Part shown: positions 50,180 through 62,399 of the stretch, piece by piece
Position numbering within the stretch: the first letter of the stretch is position 1
Layout: each line of letters opens with the position of its first letter
Assembly (NCBI RefSeq): GCF_030028105.1
Contig: NC_092379.1
Location: forward strand, 24,731,821-24,795,820
From: Mobula birostris
Taxonomy: Eukaryota
Direction: 5' to 3'
DNA: 64,000 bases
Translations under genes and position numbers: made by a program
The notes under the pieces: model-generated
Database searches by the model: none
The model's input: the letters and a program-made list of their open reading frames with translations, nothing else
What the model was told of the DNA's origin: nothing

Positions 50180-51680
50180 TTTCTGACACAATCCAAATAT
50201 GCATCAGTCAGTACCATTCATTGTAAACTGTCCCGTGAATACTCCTGATTTGAATCTCTGCATCAGGGTGCAAGAGGACTTAGGTACCCTCCTGCAAGAC
50301 TCCTGGAGGTTTAATTTGCAGGATGAGTCTGTGGTACACAAGACAAATGCAATTTTGGCATTTGTTTCATGGGGAATAGAGTATAAAACACAAAGATAAT
50401 TCTGAACCTTTAAATGACTCTAGACAGGTCACATTGGGAGTATTGTCACCAGTATGGGACCCTATATCTCAGAGAAGCTGTGTTGTCATTGAAGAGACCC
50501 CAGAGGAGGTTCATGCGAATGAATGCAGGGAAAAAAAAAAGTATGAAGGCCGTTTGGCAGCTTTGGCCAATACTGATTGCATGTAGAATTGTGCGGTGTG
50601 GTGGGGCTGCGGGGTGGGGGGACACGTTGAAACTTTCGGAATGTTAAACGAACTAGAATTTAGATTATGAGAACACTCAGTCCTCATTTATTGTCATTTA
50701 GAAATGCATACATGCATTAAGAAATGATACAATGTTTCTCCGAAGTGATATCACAGAAAACAGGACAAACCAAAGACTAACACTGACAGAACCACATAAT
50801 AACATATTGTTACAGCAGTGTAAAGCAATACCATAATTTGATGAAAAACAAAACATGGGCACGATAATGAATATATATATATATATATATTAAAAGTCTC
50901 CGAGTCGATCGACTCCCGAGTCCCCGATAGCAGGCCGCAAAGGGGACAAACACCCTGCCATAAACCTCCAGACACCATCAACTTGCCGATTCCCTGAAAG
51001 CAGCCGACCACAGCCGACACTGATTCCATCCGTCCGAAAACTTCGAGCTTCCGACCAACCTCTCCGATACAGCTTCCCGAGCGCGGTCCTCTGCCAAGCG
51101 CCTTCGACCTCGACCCAGCCGCTGAAACACGCAGAGCTGAGGATTTCGGAGCCTTCTGCTCCGGAGGTTCCGGTTATCACACGGTAGCAGTGGCAGCGAA
51201 ACGGGCATTTCAGAAGTTTTCCAGATGTTCCTCCGTACTCGCACGTCCGTCTCCATCAAATCAGAATTGTGCAACGTCCCCTACTTGACAGATAACAAAC
51301 ATCACCACCGAAGGGCCACGCACACTGCCGTCGTGCCGCCATCTTCTCCTTCTCCAGGGTGGATATGGAGAGTATCTTTCCTGTGGTTGGGCTATTCGGA
51401 ACCAGAAGGTAGAGTGTCAAGGTTGAGAGGCGACCATTTGGAACAAAGTCAAGGAGTGACCATTTAGAACAAAGGTAATGCCAGAAACTGTAGTGAATGC
51501 CAAGTCCATGCATACATTTACGGCGGAAGTTAGTCGTATCAAATCGGTCAGGGAGTGAAATGATATTGCGAGAAGGCAGGTGTATGGAGTTGAGTGGGAG
51601 GCGAGTTCAGCCATGATGGGTTGGCGGAGTAGAGTCGATGTGCTGAACGCCTAATTTCGCTCCTATGTCTTATGGTCTAA
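50180..51680 (+). mobile_element. Decayed CR1 3' fragment split by a SINE-like insert
   Basis: RVQEDLG..RSHWEYCHQY..RPQRRFMRM (50199-50647), with CR1 3' UTR at 51350-51680. Confidence 0.65.
50665..51345 (-). mobile_element. Non-autonomous retroposon (SINE-like); same family as 29222-29762
   Basis: Direct similarity to the reverse complement of 29222-29762. Confidence 0.65.
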
Positions 51681-53895
51681 TGGTAGATTGTCGGGCGGTG
51701 CGGCACGCAGAACAGCAAGGGGTTGTTTTACGTTTTATTTCTATGTAAATAAGTAAATAATTAACAATGAATTGTTTGGAAGCTTGCAAATGTCCATGAC
51801 AGTCTGCAGTTATGATAGTTCATTTCTATGAATGCCGTTATTTGAAAACTGTGAAGCAGAATGATTAATATCGGTAGCTGAAAAATCGCAAGAACAGCCC
51901 GGAGTTAACTGTGTCGAGAATTTTCTCAACTAGTCAAGGAAATCGAAAGAAAAGTGGGATCGCTCCAATAATGAAATTAATGATTTGGGAAAAAAACGTA
52001 TCCAAACAAATATTAAGAAAAGGACAGTTGAGTAACACAACATTTTATTTCTGCGTGTTCACCCAGTCAGTCCGTGACCCGCTGTTGTAGTTTCTTTTCC
52101 ATATGATGAAACTGCAGAACATATCCCCTGGGAATTCCCCTGTCCTCCGAATGCAGGGCACGGTATTAGTTAGAAGATATTATGTCCGGATTTCTGGAAT
52201 TAGAGATGTTTCTTGAGCAATTGTTTTAAGACTCTCACTCCTTGTGACTTAAAAACATACTTTTTCTTTTATTTTGTGTAAAGAATTGGATGTAAAAGTA
52301 GAGAAATTGCATATAGTCTGATGGTATTCTGTACCAAGTAGAAAGCTGCAAAATACTACAACGGGATATATGGAAAATGTAGAATCTGGGTAGATAAATG
52401 ATAAATTAGTCTTAGAACGACAAAAAAACGCGTGAAATAACGAACATTAGAAAATAGAATTAAAAAGTCTAAGTACAAGGTTATTAAGCGGATTGTTACC
52501 AGTGCAGAGGTACAGATGGATTTCGGTATCCACGTCAGTAGATGCATCATTCCTGCCACGCAATTGTATTTAAGTAAAAATATGGTGTGCTGTCCTTCAT
52601 TTTACTGGATATTAATTTCAAAAGCCGCGAGAAGACCTCCAAATGTCGGATTAGACAACACCAAGAGAAATGCATTCATTTCAGTCCGCCTCATCATAGA
52701 GACGATGTTGAAGGTTTAATAAGAGAACTCATAACATTTCCCATGAGGCCTCATGGATTAGAAGATGCCTTAGGGGATGTTTTGATTAAAACAGATCTTT
52801 TCGTTTTGGAGCAACACAAGTTGACAGTAAACTTAATAGAAGTCAGTAGGATTATTAAGTTCAGAGATAGTTTTTTTTTTTCCGAGGGCGGTAATGATGA
52901 ACGCCAGAATCTCCCGTTTATAGTGACTGGACGGAAATTTACAGCAGATATCAGAAATAGTGTTTTCTATTTTTTGTTTTATACAGAGAATGGAGGGCGA
53001 TTGGAAATCCATGCCTGAGATTAGGATATCAATAAATGCTATTCTAACGACATACTGTTCAAACAAATTCTCTTTTTATGAAGGATACTTCGTATAGCTA
53101 GTTTAGTTGTCCTAAAATAGTTGGTATTGCAACGTTTGCCGAAGTGTCCGGAGTGTGTTATCTTGTTTGATATTCTTTATTTTATTTTCCATGAGATGGC
53201 GAACGTTTTATTATTTCCTACGGCCAACAGATTTATCATTATTTTGTCTTTTTTGTTCATGTTTAAGATATTCCCTTTGCTATTAGAGTTCTTAAATTAT
53301 TTTGCGCAGTACTTGTGGAAACCTTTCATCAACGTTTGTAAAGATACGGTTGTTTATCGTCAGTCGAGCACCAAAGCGGGTGGGGGGTGAGGAGGGTTGG
53401 TGAGGCAGGCATGGCCATTTACACGATGACTCAGCGAAATTTCTGAGTCAGGGCTTTAAAACACTTGTCAACATATTTGGGAAATAAATTAAACTGTCAA
53501 GTTAGTTTTCAAAATATGTCAGCTGCATCTCTTTACATAATCTTCCTATGTGTTTCATGCCAAATTACATACATTTGTTTGTAGAGAAGGAGTGGGGTTC
53601 TGTAGTTAGTAAGCCAGCTCTATTCCATATTAACATAATTTCAAAACTCGACTGCTATGTTCCCGGTAATATTTGCATGATCCGTTTTTTTTTAGGACAA
53701 CATACAAAATCGTCTTTAAGTTATCAAATAATCGTCCTGCACAGAAGATTCAAAAGAGACTGTTCCATGGAGGCAAGGTATCCAGGACAAACAGAATATA
53801 GGACACGTTTCTTCTTAAATGTGTTGATAATTTGTTCTTAAAGTGAAATTTGTCGGCCTTAGGTTATGCCATTTATCGCGTGTGCGTTCGTGAGG

Positions 53896-54205
53896 CACCC
53901 TGCCTTTAACCAACGTGTGTAATAATCCTCTCCTCTGTCTGTATGTGACTGAATGAGATCTTTTGTCAGAATAAAGTATTCGTTCTGTTTTGTGCGTGTC
54001 GCAATAGAAATGTCAGTTGAGATAAATTAGTAGAAACCTTTTCTCGTCTGTCATCAAGGAAGGTATTGTCGACAAAATATATTTGTTCCGGTGGCGGTTG
54101 ACGGAGGACTCAAACGTAACCGAAAGACAGCAAAAGAGTCGGGTTGCAATTCGCAGCTAGTTTCCCCATTGGCTGATGTAGCGTAAACTATCGAATAGAC
54201 TTCTG
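53896..54205 (-). pseudogene. Probable decayed V-segment relic behind supporting V of cassette C
   Basis: CTCAG acceptor-like site; 303-nt block reading ..ELQPDSFAVFRLRLSPPSTATGTNIFCRQ..TDISIATRTKQNEYFILT..GEDYYTRW in one frame (with stops); heptamer-position CAGGGTG. Confidence 0.48.
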
Positions 54206-54357
54206 CTGAGGACAACATGTTAGGATTTATCTTTGCGTCTTTTCAAACCAGATAGATTACTACGGAATTCTCGGTTTCTTCTTTGTAGTCCTGGAGCTCC
54301 CATGTTTTGTACAGCTCACTTGGTCTTTTTTAAATGCTGTGTCAGCCACGGAATTGA

Positions 54358-54698
54358 GGTTGCAGTGCATCTCGCTTTTTCTGTATATCACTGTTTTCGC
54401 CGACTTATGGCACGTTGGTATAAAACCGAGATGCTTACTTGCAGTTTCGAGATCATTAACATGCTCATTTTCTTGTCAAGATCGAGAGCACCGAAGAAGT
54501 ATGCTTCGGCAGCAATTTACTGATCCCTATCTCCAGAGGTATGTCTTTGGAGAAGATGTCTTAGAGGCTCTGCTTGGAGCTACCGGCATCGGTGTACCAT
54601 ATCTGTACAAAACCCGAAACATTTGCAGGTTAATGTGACGACCTCATCAGAATAAGAAGATTTTAGTTTCCGATTCTTGGACACCAGGGATAATGGAT
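54358..54698 (-). pseudogene. TRDV: Supporting TCR-delta-like V pseudogene with degenerate RSS, cassette C
   Basis: Acceptor AG to TG; Trp41 to Arg; TAG at 54582-54580; TAA at 54519-54517; Cys104 to Arg (CGT); RSS AACAGTG-22-ACTGCAACC; FGFC retained. Confidence 0.9.
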
Positions 54699-56137
54699 CA
54701 GAAGGAATTTGAAAAATACATCACTATTATGTTACTATCTTACTGGATCCGCTAATCATAGCAATATGTGAATGATTCACACTTGCAAGTTTCGTTGACA
54801 ATGTCTCCAAAATGCTTTTATTGTCTTTGGTGCTTATTCCAACGACTTGCTGCAGTGGAAAAAAAAAAGTGGAAATGGTACAGGAAGGGAAGTGAAATTA
54901 CTGCATGTAGATACTGGAAAATGTGAAAGGTCGTGGGGAAATAATAATTCAAATATTAATCTTCCAGAAAATTTCTTCCAGAGACAGCAGCCAAAGAGAT
55001 GGACGATCTACCTATTCTATTGTGTAAAATTCTACTTTTTTTTTCCATTTTTGTAAGGGAAAGAGGAATGGGAAAATGGATTGATCTATATATTTATTTA
55101 CAACGACTGATGAACTCTGTAGGAATGTGTTGCTCTTTGAGTTAGCGGATTAAGACCCATGAGAAGGGAACGATTTTCCGTGTTTGGGATAAGGATCTGT
55201 GTGACAATGAGTACAAGTTGTTAAATTAAAAGCACACGAGGTTAAAAATTTCATTACCATTCGGTGTTACCTACCCACTGTGTTAAAGGGACTCAAGAGC
55301 CCAGGCAGTATCTATAGAAAAGAGTATACAGGCTATTCTTTAGCAAAGACACTCCACCAGGGGATTCATAGATGCAAGAGATTGCGGAAATCATCTAGCC
55401 CCTTGGCTGTGTTGCTTGGGTTTCCAGCATCTGAAGTTGTTTTTCTTTGGCTTCCCCAACGCTGTGCCAAATCGTCCTCCGTTATACTTAAACTTCAGTT
55501 AGTTTTCATGTGTTCGCTCCCCTTATACTGCTTGTTCCCCCTTATACTGCTTGTTCTAAATGAATAGGGTATATATGCTGTCATCTTAAAATGCTCTCAC
55601 GCAGTCTATCAGTTGTCGCTTGCATTGCAGTTTACATGGGCGTATCAGGTACATTCGCAACAGGGTGTTTCACCGGTCTAATTGCATATACTGTTTAGAT
55701 TGTGCATGATAAAGAATATCTTTTCAATCTTCTAACATGCAGTTTCTGCAAAACCTGCACAATCACTCAGCACATGATATCATTGTGACGTTCCGTGAAA
55801 CTTGACAGCACTATATGCTTACCCAAGATCAGCATTTCTTCTTTTGCGCCCAAAACCGACTGCTGGCAACACAAATTAACGTTCTTCATATGCGAATGAA
55901 CCTGTGCAGTTCCGCTTGTACTGCATGGGTGCAGAGATGAGATGCTTTTACTTTTACTGTTCCTTTCTTCAGACGAGGTGATACATGTTCTAAACCTGAT
56001 ATTCTTCATCCAGCCCAACCTTATAGCTTCTATACCAAAAATCTCTAAGAAACTTGATATTTTCAGGAAAAAAAAAACTACCCTTGCAAGCATAATGAAG
56101 AAACAGCTTTATAAATTTGGCCTGTTCAGATACGTTC

Positions 56138-56195
56138 CGACTGTGACAGTGACTCTGGAGCCGGTTCCATCTTCACATTTTTTTTTCTGTAGATG
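56138..56195 (-). pseudogene. NAR-TCR J pseudogene, cassette C
   Basis: ..EDGTGSRVTVTV retained, but donor GTAAG is now GAACG and the RSS is destroyed (CACATCG, no nonamer). Confidence 0.85.
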
Positions 56196-56531
56196 CACAT
56201 CGTAATCCAACTCTCAGTCATACTAGCATCGTCCTCATTTCAGTCTAATCAGCAGCCATATTTAGACACTGCACACATATTCCGGAATTTTAAAACATCA
56301 ACAACACATTATGTGTTCCATAAAATCCTGTGATGTTCCCTGTGAAAAAGATAACTTTGTAAAATGGCTGCATTATACTTCCCGAATATTGGTTCCCTAC
56401 ATTAGAGCAAATGTCATGAAAATTATCTGAAAAGGGGGAAATACAAGGGAGTTCACGAGAAAACAGCGCCAAAGTAATCCAACACATGATTCTATTTTCC
56501 GCCTCCAGAATATATACTTAATTCGGGCCGA

Positions 56532-56594
56532 AGTTTGTGTTACATTATCCCCCGTTGTTTGCATTCCAAACATACACAGGGCAGGTTCAAATCA
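56532..56594 (-). pseudogene. D-segment remnant, cassette C
   Basis: Positional homolog of D in A and B; 3' heptamer AACAACG, 5' RSS scrambled, flanking GGTTCAAATCACAGAA retained. Confidence 0.6.
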
Positions 56595-56834
56595 CAGAAT
56601 AGAGTAGGTTGGAGATAACAAATTCCCAACTGCTGTTCTAGCTTCCTTGTTCCTGGAGCTGGGTCGCATCTGAGGTAAGGAATTAGGAAGTGGAAAAATA
56701 ATTTTCAGTTGCTTTTCACTACACAATTTTTGGGAAAGGTGGTATCATCTGTACGGAACGCAGGAGATTTGCCTCGTGGAATTACTGGCAGATTACCTCC
56801 GCTCCATAAGCTGTTGATAGAATACCTTATAGTG

Positions 56835-57151
56835 GATATTTGCGTACAGCGGGTATCCCTTTCCAAGCTGTGTATATTTATATTCAACTTTACAGAAAGA
56901 GATGCGCTGTCTAAGGTTAATAATTTTCAGGGTAGTTGTCATTTGTGCATTATTTTGAGTTGTACTAACTCTTCCACCTGTGTAGATACGCTCCCACCCC
57001 ATTCGTGGCTGCCGCTGTTTGAACAACTTTCCGGATACAAAATAATAGTGTCTCCACAATCCGGTATGGAACCGGTATGTATTGGTGAGAGACTAATATT
57101 CACCTTTTGTCATAGCTCTCTGTCTTTGGGTCACGGACTGGCTGAAGAAAA
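56835..57151 (-). pseudogene. VNAR-like NAR-TCR V pseudogene with RSS (CACAGCT-22-GCAAATATC), cassette C
   Basis: Acceptor AG to AC; TAG at 57095-57093; FR1 extra Cys and Cys23 both to Tyr; FR3 deletion (DSATY lost); LFKQ..ERIYTGGR..FCKVEYKY retained. Confidence 0.9.
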
Positions 57152-57298
57152 GTGGAAATTGCGACTATGGATTAGGGAAGAGGCATTAGATGTAAAACAC
57201 ACCAGACGGATAATACTATGTCTTCACGACTTTCAGATTCTATGTGTTGAGTCTTACAGTTAACTCGAATATTGCGAAAAATTGTGAACGGTTCTCAC

Positions 57299-57341
57299 GG
57301 TGAAAGCAGAGACACCGCTTGGTATGCAAGAGAAAGTTCAT
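57299..57341 (-). pseudogene. Leader exon of cassette C
   Basis: MNFLLHTKRCLCFH+C|GTGAGA; charged residues in the hydrophobic core. Confidence 0.8.
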
Positions 57342-58071
57342 TGTTTCGTTTCCGAGTGACAGATGGTTTACATGACGGAGAACTACACAGCTGTGGTAGG
57401 TTATTTCACAGAATTAGGCAGAGACAGTTCCGTCGGTTTCTCATCTAGAGTTATGCAATTGCCGCACTTTTTCCGAATTACCTTTTGTGCGAGAAAGCAT
57501 AAGGTTTAATACACAACAGCTATGATTGGGTTTCAACACAATTTTTTTGCAGCTGATGTAAAAGGCCCACCCCGTCTGTTTTAACCCTGTTAGATGTAAT
57601 AGCTCGTCCGTTGAATAAATAAGAACAGGCGGGGGACGTGTCAAAAGAAAATGACATAATCTACAAGAGCCATGGTGTAAAAAAACAAAGGCTGGTCAAG
57701 ATAACTGTGAGTTTCACTAAGTTTGTAAATATATCAGCAGGCAGAATCCAGGGATGGACTCAAAAAGATAGGGAAGAGCGAGCAAGGCGAAAAGAAATGG
57801 AACAAGTGACGTGATGGGCGCTGTGGAAGTTGCAGGTAAAGATAATGAAATTGACGAATTCAGCAAGGGTTTATGAAGTCTTTCAGTGCTACCGGTGTAG
57901 TCGTCCATGTAGCACAGAAAGAAGTTGAGGACTTTATTAACTTTACTGGTGTACGCTTGGGACATGGACTGCTCCACATATGAGATGAAAACATACACAG
58001 ATTGGGGGAAGGGACGGTTGGAGGAGCATGCGGGTTCCCATGTTTGGAGTGTGGGTATAGCCGAAAGAATA

Positions 58072-61000
58072 GAACCATAGAAACTACAGCACAGAAACCG
58101 GCCCTTCGACCCTACTTGGCTGTGCCGAACCATTTTCTGCCTAGTCCCACTGACCTGCACAAGGACCATATCCCTCCATACACCTCCCATCCATGTATCT
58201 GTCCAATTTATTCTTAAATGTTAAAAAAGAACCCGCATTTACCACCTCGTCTGGCAGCTCATTCCATACTCCCACCACTCTCTGTGTGAAGAAGCCCCCC
58301 CTAATGTTCCCTTTAAACTTCCGCCCCCTCACACTTAACCCATGCCCTCTGGTATTTTTCTCCCCTTGACTCAGTGGAAAAAGCCTGCTTGCATTCACTC
58401 TATCTATACCCATCATAATTTTATATACCTCTATCAAATCTCCCCTCATTCTTCTACGCTCCAGGGAATAAAGTCCTAACCTATTCAACCTTTCTCTGTA
58501 ACTGAGTTTCTCAGACCCGGCAACATCCTTTTAAACCTTCTCTGCACTCTTTCAACCTTATTTATATTCTTCCTGTAATTTGGTGACCAAAACTGAACAC
58601 AATACTCCAGATTCGGCCTCACCAATGTCTTATACAACCTCATCATAACATTCCAGCTCTTATACTCAATACTTCGATTAATAAAGGCCAATGTACCAAA
58701 AGCTCTCTTTACGAACCTATCTACCTGTGACGACACTTTTAGGGAATTTTGTATCTGTATTCCCAGATCCCTATGTTCCACTGCACTCCTCAGTGCCTTA
58801 CCATTAACCCTGTATGTTCTACGTTGGGTTGTCCTTCCAACGTGCAATACCTCACACTTGTCAGTATTAAACTCCATTTGCCAGTTTTTCAGCCCATTTT
58901 TCCAGCTGGTCCAGGTCCCTCTGCAGGCTCTGAAAACCTTCCTCACTGTCTACGACACCTCCAATCTTTGTATGATCAGCAAACTTGCTGATCCAATTTA
59001 CCAAATTATCATAGATCATTGATATAGATGACAAATAACAATGGACCCAGCACTGATCCCTGTGGCACACCACTAGTCACAGGCCTCCACTCAGAGAAGC
59101 ATTTCTCTACCACCACTCTCTAGTTTCTTCCATCGAGCCAATGTCTAATCCAATTTTCCACCTCTCCATCTATACTCAGCGACTGAATTTTCCTAACTAA
59201 CCTCATATGCGGGACCTTGTCAAAGGCCTTACTGAAGTCCATGTAGACAATATCCACTGCCTTCCCTTCATCCACTTTCCTGGTGACCTCCTCGAAAAAC
59301 TCCAACAGATTGGTCAAGCATGACCTACCACGCACAAAACCATGTTGACTCTCCCTAATAAGCCCCTGTCTATCCAAATGCTTGTAGATTCTGTCTCTTA
59401 GTACTCCCTCCAATAACTTACCTACTACTGACGTTAAACTCACCGGCCTATAATTTCCCGTATTACTTTTCGATCCTCTTTTAAACAACGGAACAACATG
59501 AGCCTCTCTCCAATCCTCCTGCACTTCACCGGTAGACAGCGACATTTTAAATATTTCTGCCAGGGCCCCCGCAATTTCAACACTAGTCTCCTTCAAGGTC
59601 CGAGGGAACACTCTGTCAGGTCCCGGGGATTTATCCACTTTAATTTTCCTCAAGACAGCAAGCACCTCCTCCTTTTCAATCTTTACAGCTTCCATGGTCT
59701 CACTACTTGATTCCCTCAATTCCATAGACTTCATGCCAGCTTCCATAGTAAATACAGACGCCAAAAACCTATTTAAGATCTCCCCCATTTCCTTTGGTTC
59801 CGCACAAAGCCGACCACTCTGATCTTCAAGAGGACCAATTTTATCCCTTACAATCCTTTTGCTCTTAATATACTTGTAAAAGCTCTTTGGATTATCGTTC
59901 ACTTTGACTGCCATGGCAACCTCATGCCTTCTTTTTGCCCTCCTGATTTCTTTCTTAAGTATTTTCTTGCTCTTGTTATACTCCTCAAGCAGCTGATTTA
60001 CCTCCTGTTTCCTATACATTTTATACAACTCCCTCTTCTTCTTTATCACAGTTGCAATATCCCTTGAGAACCAAGGTTCCTTATTCCTATTGAATTTGCC
60101 CTTAATCCTGACAGGAACATGCAATCTCTTCACTCTCAAAATTTCCCGTTTGAAGGCTTCCCACCTACCAATCACACCTTTGCCAGAGAACAACCAGTCC
60201 CAATCCACGCTTTTTAGATCCTTTCTCATTTCTTCAAATTTGGCCTTCTTCCAGTTCAGAACCTCAACTTTAGGACCAGATCTATTCTTGTCCATGATCA
60301 AATTGAAACTAATGGTGTTATGATCACTGGAAACAAAGTGCTCCCCTACACAGACTTTTGTCACTTGCAGTAATTCGTTTCCTAACAGGAAATCCAATAT
60401 TGCATCTTCTCTAGTTGGTCCCTCTATATACTGATTTAGAAAACTTTCCTGAACACATTTTACAAACTCTAAACCATCTAGACCCCTAACAGTATGGGAG
60501 TCCCAATCAATGTATGGAAAATTGAAATCTCCTACAACCACAACTTCATGTTTCCTGCAGTTGCCTGCTATCTCTCTGCAGATTTGCTCTTCCAAGTCTC
60601 GTTGACTATTGGGTGGTCTGTAATACAATCCCACTAATATGGTCATACCTTTCCTGTTTCTCAGCTCCACCCATAAGGACTTAGTAGACAAGCCCTCTAA
60701 TCGGTCCTGCCTGAGCACTGCTGTAATATTTTCCCTACCAAGCAATGCTACTCCCCCACCTTTCATTCCTCTGCCTCGATCACATCTGAAACATTGGAAC
60801 CCTGGAATATTAAACTGCCAGTCCTGCCCCTCCTGTAGCCAAGTTTCACTAATTGCTACAACATCATAATTCCACGTGTTAATCTACGCCCTCAACTCAT
60901 CCGCATTCCCCGCAATACTCCTAGCATTGAAATATATACAGCTCAGAAGATTTTCACCACCGCTCACAAGCTTTCTATCAGCGGATATGCTTAAGCTTTC

Positions 61001-62203
61001 AATATCATTTATTTTCACCCCAGCCACACTGTCGGCTCTGGCACTTCGGTTCCCATCCCCCTGCAAATCTAGTTTAAAGCCTCGCCAATAGCACTAACAA
61101 ACCTCCCTGAAAGGATATTGGTCCCCCTGTGGTTCATGTGTAACCCGTCTTTCTTGTACAGGTCCCACCTGCCCCAGAAGAGGACCCAATGATCCTGAAT
61201 TCTGAAACCCTGCCCCCTACACCAGCTCCTCAGCCACTTGATCCTTTTCCAGAGCATCCTATTCCTACCCTCACTGGCACCTAGCACAAGTAGCAATCCT
61301 GAGATTACCATCCTTGAGGTCCTGCTGTTCAACTTCCTACCAAGCTCTCTATATTCACTGTCCAGGACCTCTTCACTCTTCCTTGCTATGTCATTGGTAC
61401 CGATGTGCACCACGATATCTGGCTGGTCACCCTCCCACTTCAGAATGTCATGCAATCTATCAGAGACATCCTTGACCCTGGCACCTGGGAGGCAACAAAC
61501 CATCCTGGATTCTCTGTCACGACCACAGAACCTTCTATCTGCACCTCTAACTATCGAGTCCCCTATCACTACCGCTCGCCTCTCCCCCCCCCCCCCCCCC
61601 CACCACCCGCTCCCTTCTGCACTGCAAAGCCAGACTCAGTGCCAGAGATCCGGCTACTGCAGCTAGTCCCTGGTAAGTCATCCCCCCCCCAACAGTATCC
61701 AATGCGGTATACTTGTTGTTGAGGGGAATGGCCACAGGGGAACCCTGCTCTGCCGGCCCTTTCCTCTTCCCTAGCCTGACAGTGACCTAATTTCCTGTCC
61801 TCTGCTCCTTTGGTGTAACTACCTCCCTGTAGCTGCGATCTATAATCTCCTCATTCTCCCGAATGATCCGCAGGTCATCCAGCTCCTGCTCCAGTTCCCT
61901 AACGCCGTTTGTCAGGAGCTGCAGCTGGATGCATTTCTTGCAGGTGTCGTTGTCAGGTTCACCGGAGGGCTCCCTGGCTTCCCACATCCTGTAAGAGGAG
62001 CATTCCAACATCCTGCCTGGCATTCTCAGTGCACTAAACAATCCGAACAAAAAAACTTACTGGAACCTACCCTGGCCTCTGCCTGTTCTCACCGAAGCCT
62101 GTTTGAGCCAAAGCCGTCCCACTCTGACTCAGTCCACTCCGACGATGGCCGCTGTATATGGTGTCTGCTTTTTAAAGCTTGGCGCGCTACGTCACGCGCC
62201 TGT
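58072..62203 (-). mobile_element. Near full-length CR1 LINE with SGNH/GDSL-esterase ORF1; ORF2 EN+RT with frameshifts
   Basis: ORF1 61787..62050 (C-x2-C finger, coiled coil) and 61069..61569 (IGDSIVR..HIGTNDI); ORF2 59120..60766, 58867..59073, 58485..58946, 58141..58488; TTCTATGG tail; possible AATA TSD (58068-58071 / 62204-62207); cassette flank resumes at 62205. Confidence 0.92.
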
Positions 62204-62399
62204 AATAATTGGTGTTTTCTTGAGAGCGAGTTCCAAATGTTCTTTGTATATACTGCTCTTTATTTGCGAGATAATGTGTGCAATAAACTTGGATTACAAT
62301 CCGGTTAACTTTGTCGAAATGCTTGTTCTATACAGACAACGGCATTTCTTGCACCACCAACAAAGCCACCTGCCAGAGCACTCATGGCACTGTGATTTC

